DNA from: Adineta steineri
Taxonomy: Eukaryota
Reading direction: 5' to 3'
Assembly: GCA_905250035.1 (NCBI GenBank)
Contig: CAJNOE010000001.1
Coordinates: forward strand, 522,980 to 538,770
Length of the DNA stretch: 15,791 nucleotides
This document shows positions 9,478 to 15,791 of this stretch, piece after piece. Under the pieces are notes generated by a model. It was not told the origin of the DNA and did not search any database. It saw only the letters and a list, made by a program, of their open reading frames with translations. Both the position numbers and the translations under genes were made by a program. Every line of letters begins with the position of its first letter. The stretch's first letter is position 1.

Positions 9478-9525
9478 GGGTGTGGATGTCGGTGTGGGCA
9501 TCTATCTTCTCTTTACCCACACCCT
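9478..9525. repeat. telomere-like foldback element
   Basis: GGGTGTGGATGTCGGTGTGGGC ... ACCCACACCCT; its 3' flank CACCCTCAAGATGGTT is identical to that of the 3754-3813 element. Confidence 0.6.
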
Positions 9526-9581
9526 CAAGATGGTTGCTCTTTTTTAATTTTCTAGGGACTCTCAACTATATTATTGTCTCT

Positions 9582-9962
9582 TCATAATTTTACATTACCC
9601 TCACTAGCTATTTTACGCAATACTGATGGACTAGAACCTATAGGATTTCGGTTGCCAACTTTTTTGTTTTTTTCAGTCATTAATTTAAATTGTTCCAGAT
9701 GTAAGGCATTTGGTGAAGCACCAAGTACTGAAAGTTGTTGCAGCTGCTCACGGCGACTACTAGGGTGTGGTCTTGCATGCAGTTCCTCTTTTAAATGACG
9801 AATTTCGCCGTAATACTTCACTTTTAATCTTCCATTTTTATATATGATAGCGTTATATTTACAAGTGCAAGTGCTAAATATACAATGAGCGCGTATACTC
9901 ATGAAAAGCTCATCATGATTCTTCTGCTTCTTTGCAACATCAAAATAATGTCCGTTGTACAT
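9582..9962 (-). CDS. FLYWCH-like zinc-binding protein fragment; the same frame is open upstream to about 10067
   Basis: Frame reads RDPRNNNKLKKQKRNLEWAVITDYYVSQSDDYCVFMYNGHYFDVAKKQKNHDELFMSIRAHCIFSTCTCKYNAIIYKNGRLKVKYYGEIRHLKEELHARPHP... with G-Y-F / C...C / H-type spacing. Family call is from memory of the motif only. Confidence 0.45.
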   Translation of the reverse strand: MYNGHYFDVAKKQKNHDELFMSIRAHCIFSTCTCKYNAIIYKNGRLKVKYYGEIRHLKEELHARPHPSSRREQLQQLSVLGASPNALHLEQFKLMTEKNKKVGNRNPIGSSPSVLRKIASEGNVKL

Positions 9963-10734
9963 AAATACGCAGTAATCATCGGATTGACTTACATAATAAT
10001 CCGTTATTACCGCCCATTCAAGGTTTCTTTTTTGCTTTTTTAATTTGTTGTTATTACGTGGATCACGTTAATTCATTGTTTGGCGATGCACACCTTCTCT
10101 TCCTTCTCTTCTTCTCGTACAATTTTCAATTTTTTTATATCATTTTGAGGAAGAATGATGAGTCGCCTATTTGACGTTGCAAATAATTGACTAATCTAAT
10201 CTGTTCTTCATCAATAATTGTATGATTTGATGTTTTCTCAGGACTTACTATATTCTAAATATTAATTATATATATATATTTTTTTTTCAATTTAGAAATG
10301 TTCTATTAAATTAATATCAACTAACGAAGAATAACTAAAAATATTACAAAAATTGTTTGTTACAGAATCAAGGTAAGATGAGCAGAATCATGAGTACTAC
10401 TAAATATGCTATACCTGCCATTCTTGCTTTCTCTTTTAAGACCGAAGGTGCTTCAATATTCAATTTATCAATTGGTTTTGGTGTCGAAGTCAAAACCTCT
10501 CTTTCTAGCGAGGTTTCTGATGATGACTAGAAAAAAACTTATGTTTTTCTTGTTTTTTTTAATATAGTTTACCAATGACATTGGCGGCCACCTTCTTCAT
10601 ATTGAATAGTATGATCATTTGCTTTTACAATATCTATATACTATACAAAAAACAAGTAATATGTAAATATTTTTCAAAATTTCAATAATTCTAATCAACA
10701 TTTAGATGTAATTGTACTTTTATCTTTTATTTTT

Positions 10735-10962
10735 TTAAAACAAAGTCAAGATACTCACATCATAAGATATACTCAATGTTGATGAGTTGTTCCCATCAAT
10801 GTTGACTTCATTACAATCATCTGGACATTTACAGACAAGCTGAATTGAAATAATATTACCAGAACAACAAGTAGAATCCAGCTTATGATCATAATTCAGA
10901 GAAATATTTTTTCCTTGCTCAATAAATTGTATTTGATTCACTTTTGATGTTGAAGATGAGTT
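10735..10962 (-). CDS. possible terminal exon of a Cys-containing protein
   Basis: Acceptor CTTCACTTCTCTTGTAG|AAC, then NSSSTSKVNQIQFIEQGKNISLNYDHKLDSTCCSGNIISIQLVCKCPDDCNEVNIDGNNSSTLSISYDVSILTLF*. Upstream exons were not resolved. Confidence 0.35.
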   Translation of the reverse strand, partial: NSSSTSKVNQIQFIEQGKNISLNYDHKLDSTCCSGNIISIQLVCKCPDDCNEVNIDGNNSSTLSISYDVSILTLF

Positions 10963-11378
10963 CTACAAGAGAAGTGAAGTGAAATTATATTTATCAATCG
11001 ATTATTGCTTTCATAAATATAACCAGTTTTTATATACTTAATCAGAGATTGATCATCGTATTTTTTCGCATCAATTATTTTTCTTCAAATAAAAAGAACG
11101 TTCGTTCATAACATGCTCTAACTTACTATAAAACTAATGATTATTAAATAGACTATTTTAACACAGAGTAATTTTTGAAACTATAAACCATAATTATGTC
11201 GCAGATGTGAAAATGAAAAATTGATGGTCATCGTCTCACATAATGCTTCATTATCATATCTTACCATATATCCCTCTTAATCATCTGATTACATGTTTTT
11301 TTTGTTTCAGCTTTATGCAAATTTCTCTTCCTACACGATACGGTCTGTTTTTAATCTTTGATAATAAATATAAGAATA

Positions 11379-11425
11379 GGGTGTCGGCGGGTAATCAATG
11401 AGAAAAATACCCACACCCACACCCT
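11379..11425. repeat. telomere-like foldback element
   Basis: GGGTGTCGGCGGGTA ... TACCCACACCCACACCCT. Confidence 0.6.
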
Positions 11426-11564
11426 GCAAACTTGCCAATCAGAAAATCCAGCATAAGTGTAGCAAAAAGTGTAAATATAAATAAAGTGGTTGGAATTGTT
11501 ACGAAGCCTGTTCCTAAAATGTAAAAATTAGTGGATATTGCAAGGAGATTTAACTCACCATCAT

Positions 11565-11860
11565 AATATATGCCAGGTCGAACAATTCGGTACGGAAACG
11601 GCCGGTTCCGTGGTATTCCGGAGATTTCGTGGAAGCAGTATTCCCGTTTAACGGATCCGGTGACCGGATCTATCTGGTTTAGATCGAAACCGACAGGAAC
11701 ATGTTAAAACCGGCAGCCGGATACGATAACCTCACTTCTCCGTCGAATTTCTGGCATTTTCCGGGCGGGTTTCACCCAGAAATGGCGAGTTTCTTTAGGG
11801 ATTTCACTGGAAATTCATGGAATCCTGCTTCAGGAATCATCGCCCTGGGATATGTGCGTA
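11565..11860. other. GC-rich, palindrome-bearing island of unknown origin
   Basis: Rows 11581-11700 are about 51% GC by hand count, in AT-rich surroundings. Contains GATCCGGTGACCGGATC and GGAAACGGCCGGTTCC. Confidence 0.5.
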
Positions 11861-13087
11861 AATGTAAGAAAATTATGACTTATGATGACGACAACCACGT
11901 GTTTTAATATTATGCGGCCCTTTTGTACTTTCACCATCTGAACTTTCTTCATCAACAGACTAAAACAAACAAGAAAAGATAATTTAAACGAAAATTTTAC
12001 TGTATTCAAAGGCATATACTATCATATCTTCTCCTACAACATACCTTCTTTATCTGCTTTCGTTTGTCAGATATTATATGTTACTGTAATTATCTCTATA
12101 CAGGTCTAACTGCACAAATCATAAAAACCAGACAAAATTCGATCATCATAGCTAATGTTATAAATTAGAGATAACATAATACAGTTCAGAGTAGTAAGCG
12201 TATACAATTGTTGTGTATTAGATTCAGTGAGATAAATCATTTAGGCTACTAGAAGATCGGTATTAAGCAATGAAAAATCAATGTTTACTCTAAACTGTGA
12301 TTTCTCTCTTATAAACAAATGACAGAATTCTAAGACAAAGAAAAATAAAAGCAATATGAATAAAGTATAGTTTGATTGTATTCGACTTTCTTTTGTATTG
12401 ATCTATTTGAGAAGTTTGAATTGTAGAGAAAAATAGATTTACTTACAGTTAGATTTTCTCCTGTTGGAACTTTTTGACACATGATTGATGATACTAGAGA
12501 AATAGAACGATTGAAAAGGTGAAAGAAAAAAACAAATTAGAGACGCATTTCTACATTTAAAGATATATTGCAATGATCAATCAATGCATCTTTCATGGCG
12601 GACGACTGTATATTTTTTTTCTTTTTTCATTCAATGAATGTGCGTAAAAGACCAACGTATTGGAATAATAACATAACAATTCGATGTTGAATTTAATCAA
12701 ATAAACTATTTTTCCAGTATTAGCAGTGACCAATGGAATATGAATAAAACTTTGAATTTAAAATATTGTTCTCTTCAGCTACTTTATTTTGTCCATGTTG
12801 GGTAGCACCAGAAGATAGAGATATGATTTATAGTGACATAGAAGGATGACTGCAAAATATATGACATTAGTAGGTAATATTTGAATTTTCAATTGACATT
12901 TTACATATATATTCTATTCGTAGAGTCGTGATCATATCTAAAGATGATCTAGATCTGTTATGTATTGTCTTTATACGCTTTTTTTAAATTCTTTTTATGT
13001 GGTTTTCTATGAAACAGAAGTTCAGATCTATGTATCATATAAATTGGATTTGATTATTTGTCATTTTGACATTTGTAAAGGAATATA

Positions 13088-13126
13088 GGGTGTGGGTGTC
13101 TTTTCGGTTAACTCACACCCACACCC
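13088..13126. repeat. perfect telomere-like foldback element
   Basis: GGGTGTGGGTGT - 15 nt - ACACCCACACCC; 12-nt perfectly complementary arms. Confidence 0.8.
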
Positions 13127-13491
13127 CTGACTTGCTGATATTTACTCTGAAATTTAATACTAATAAAATATTTTATTATTTAAAATTTTATGCTAACACA
13201 TCTATTTATTCAATGATAGTAATATGAGATATTTACTTTCAGCATACAATTTCTATACATATTGACTTAAGAGTCTACTTGAGTATCAACTGAAACTATG
13301 CAAACCGTATCTGACGATTAGGATCCATTTACAATTTGAAAAAATAGACGCATGATGGCAACTACTACTAGAGAAGTATCAAATCTTTTATCGATCACAA
13401 TAGAAGTAATCTTTTTTTGTAATCAAAATGTCATATAGCGATTCTCTATCAGACACCTCGTCAAAGTTTAGTAAAACTCTCTATTTTGAGC

Positions 13492-13560
13492 GTGGGAATG
13501 GATGTGGCTGTGTATGCGAATATATATCATCTCTTTCTCCAAATCCACACTCACACCCTC
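13492..13560. repeat. telomere-like foldback element (imperfect)
   Basis: TGGGAATGGATGTGGCTGTGTATG ... AAATCCACACTCACACCCTC. Confidence 0.5.
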
Positions 13561-13872
13561 TATAATATATATTTGTTCTTGACTTACTCAATGTAAATCC
13601 AGCATAATTCTGAATATGTCTCGCATAAAGAAAAATATATTTATACAAGAAAAGAGAAAAGAAAAAAGAAAAAAAGGAGCGGCATTTTTTTTGATGGCTT
13701 ACCTTATTAAAAAAACGCAAAAAAAACTTGCTTGTAGTTAATCGACTGCGAAGTGAATGTGATATATCTAGATAGACAGATATATAGTTGATTTCAATAT
13801 ATTTTGTATTTAATAAAATATTGTTTTATTTATACCTTTATATATTAACTTCACAATTTCAGCGAGTTAATT

Positions 13873-14713
13873 ATGAAACCAACGGTGACTAATAAAGATA
13901 CAGTTATTCATTTGGAAGAAAGATCCACTATCGTCAATGATCCAGTTGTAACACAAGAAACGCCAGATGAACAAGTAGCGATGAATGCAGCAGAAGTTGA
14001 CATCAGAAATCCAGCTGCAGCTTTAAATAAAGTTGGAAAATCACTTCCAATGATGACTATAGGTGCACTTCTTGGACTTATTATTATACCGAGTGAGTAA
14101 TTATTCATTTTTTCTTTTTCTAATCAATCGACTGAAATTATTATAAAATTTCTATATGTGATTTTCTTGAAAAAAAATTAAATCGATTAAGTAAATATCT
14201 CATATTATCTATTGGCATAGTTTATGTCTTATTTTAGTTCTACAATTGTATATTGGTTGGGAATATGCCGATGCATGTCCAGTCAATCCAAAGATACCAA
14301 AATATCTTTTCGTTGCTGGAACTGTTGGAATTGTTTCTGTTATATTAAATCAACTTCGAGTTTATTTAGCGGCAAAAAGTGCACAACCATCGGTAGACAT
14401 AACCGATCGTAAGACTACTATTACTGCAGCTACGGGCACAAATAGTCCATTGAACTCCGTTATCACGACTATTACCTATGCTCTCAATATCTTCATGGTT
14501 GTTTGGTTTATTTTTGGATGTATATGGATATTTCGTGTATGGAATGATGTCAAATATCGTCCACGAAATCATCCTAATTTTTGTCAGGCATTAGTCTATC
14601 GATTTGCTTATATATCGGCTTCTTTTAGTTCCAATTTTGTTCATACTTTTTTGTCGCTGTTGTCCATTATGTTTAGGATTCATGGCTGTTGTTGTTGTTG
14701 TAGCCTCATCTGA
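13873..14713 (+). CDS. multi-pass membrane protein, TMEM272-like; exons 13873-14092 and 14238-14713
   Basis: Donor CCGA|GTGAGT and acceptor TATTTTAG|TTC join in frame to give ...LPMMTIGALLGLIIIPILQLYIGWEYADACPVNPKIPKYLFVAGTVGIVSVILNQL...LNIFMVVWFIFGCIWIF...CQALVYRFAYI... (231 aa). Cysteine-rich tail HGCCCCCSLI. Upstream CACAATTTCAG just before the ATG hints at a 5'UTR intron. Confidence 0.75.
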
Positions 14714-14806
14714 CTAATAGAACTAGAAACAATTACATGAATTTCTTTAAAATCTTGATATTCACATATTAATTTTAATATATATGAAAACAATTTATAT
14801 TTTTTT

Positions 14807-14812
14807 AATAAA
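14807..14812 (+). promoter_or_regulatory. putative polyadenylation signal
   Basis: AATAAA about 95 nt downstream of the stop. Confidence 0.35.
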
Positions 14813-15187
14813 TTATCTCATAATCATTATCATTTTAGAAACATTTGAGAGCATATTGATGATGAATAAGAAAAATATTATCGTTTTAATGTATGAATAG
14901 AATGTAATCAACATTTTTATCATGAATTATATTTTGAATTCATATAATTTGAGTATTCGATTTTGAAGTTAGTCTGTTAATTAAATTGTCTTCTATTCTT
15001 ACAGTGTTTCATATTTTGTCTGTTTATATTAGTCCTTTGACTTCCGAATTATTTTTTGCTGGATTGAATTCAAGTAAATCGTTGAATTAGCTTATTCTAG
15101 ACGTAAGAGTATATGTCAGACATATCTCATGCGTTCTCACAGGTGATTAGTTGATTTGTGCAATGTAAGTTACATTGAACTCTATTA

Positions 15188-15212
15188 GGGTGTGGGTATA
15201 GTGTGGGTGTGG
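15188..15212. repeat. telomere-like G-rich tract without a partner arm
   Basis: GGGTGTGGGTATAGTGTGGGTGTGG. Confidence 0.6.
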
Positions 15213-15244
15213 AAAAATATATACGTCATCATAGAAGTAAAGAA

Positions 15245-15530
15245 ACTTTGATTTAACATTTTAGAATTACTTTGTCTTTATAATAAATTACTTAGCAATT
15301 AAATTTGTTACTGATCAAATGTAGTTTTTTACTATGATTTTAATTTATTAACTTAGCGAAAAAATAGTTTACTGAAATATTAATATTTTAACTTAGCAAT
15401 TGGTTTTTTTTACTGAGAAATTTTATATCTACTTAGCGTCTAATTATTCTACTTAGATTTAAATTATTTACTGAGCAAACATATATTTTACTTAGCAAAT
15501 AAATTGTACCGTTATAAAATTTATTTTTCT
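15245..15530. repeat. degenerate tandem array of about 20-bp units headed by ACTTAGC/ACTGAGC
   Basis: Head motifs at 15269, 15290, 15310, 15331, 15351, 15371, 15391, 15412, 15431, 15451, 15470, 15490 (spacing 19-21 bp), each followed by an A/T-rich tail. Confidence 0.8.
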
Positions 15531-15570
15531 CAGAAAAAATGTTATTTTAACGCCTAAGATTGTGCGCTCT

Positions 15571-15791
15571 TTACACATAAAAACATCGTTTGTTTGAACG
15601 CTTGTCTAGCTGGGTTGTATTTTCCCATAGACATTATTTATGTTATGCATATGAATCACAAAACAAACAACATCTATGACTCAGATGATGAACGATTTTT
15701 TCCAGTTTAGCTAAATCAATAGAAAGTATGAGCAATCACACCCGCGAGCAAAGTGGAAAGAAACTTCCAACTAGAACAGTATTTAAAAACT
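15571..15791 (+). repeat. direct repeat copy 2 of 4493-4704 (truncated by window end)
   Basis: Same sequence with mostly transition differences, a 9-bp insertion creating TGACTCA (15677-15683), and a TATTTAAA box at 15780-15787. Confidence 0.9.

Noticed and set aside
9574-9798. Plus-strand ORF MSLHNFTLPSLAIL... (74 aa)
   Set aside because: It is antisense to the FLYWCH-like frame, which has the better domain-like pattern.
10250-10300. TATATATATATTTTTTTTTT microsatellite
   Set aside because: It is ordinary low-complexity sequence in AT-rich DNA.
11701-11907. Plus-strand ORF MLKPAAGYDNLTSPSNFWHFPGGFHPEMASFF...
   Set aside because: It sits inside the GC-rich island and may be only a by-product of fewer stops in GC-rich DNA; it is short with no recognised domain.
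15245-15530. Possible CRISPR array
   Set aside because: The period is about 20 bp with a 7-bp degenerate head and no long identical repeats or unique spacers, in a eukaryotic context.

Overview
This 15.8-kb window is AT-rich eukaryotic DNA. Very short introns (about 50-63 bp), a large-family-type F-box protein, and dispersed TGTGGG/CCCACA-like tracts (TGTGGG is the published bdelloid telomeric repeat) suggest a bdelloid rotifer, possibly telomere-proximal; this assignment is inference. Best supported genes are: (1) the 3' end of a fungal-type MFS sugar transporter at the left edge (+), a horizontal-transfer candidate; (2) a two-exon small secreted protein on the - strand (1590-2035) whose signal peptide is split by a 50-bp intron; (3) a six-exon papain/cathepsin L-like protease (5475-6909, +) with an unusual 43-aa Cys-containing C-terminal extension; (4) a single-exon F-box/LRR-like protein (7381-9234, +) starting MGC; (5) a FLYWCH-like open frame on the - strand (about 9582-10067) with a stop two codons after the upstream ATG; (6) a two-exon multi-pass membrane protein, TMEM272-like (13873-14713, +). 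The most unusual non-coding signals are a dispersed family of small foldbacks with telomere-like arms in the spacers between genes, a degenerate array of about 20-bp units headed by ACTTAGC/ACTGAGC (15245-15530), a roughly 94% identical promoter-like direct repeat 11 kb apart (4493-4704 and 15571-15791), and a GC-rich palindromic island (about 11565-11860). No CRISPR, tRNA/rRNA or intact transposase/reverse transcriptase was recognised.
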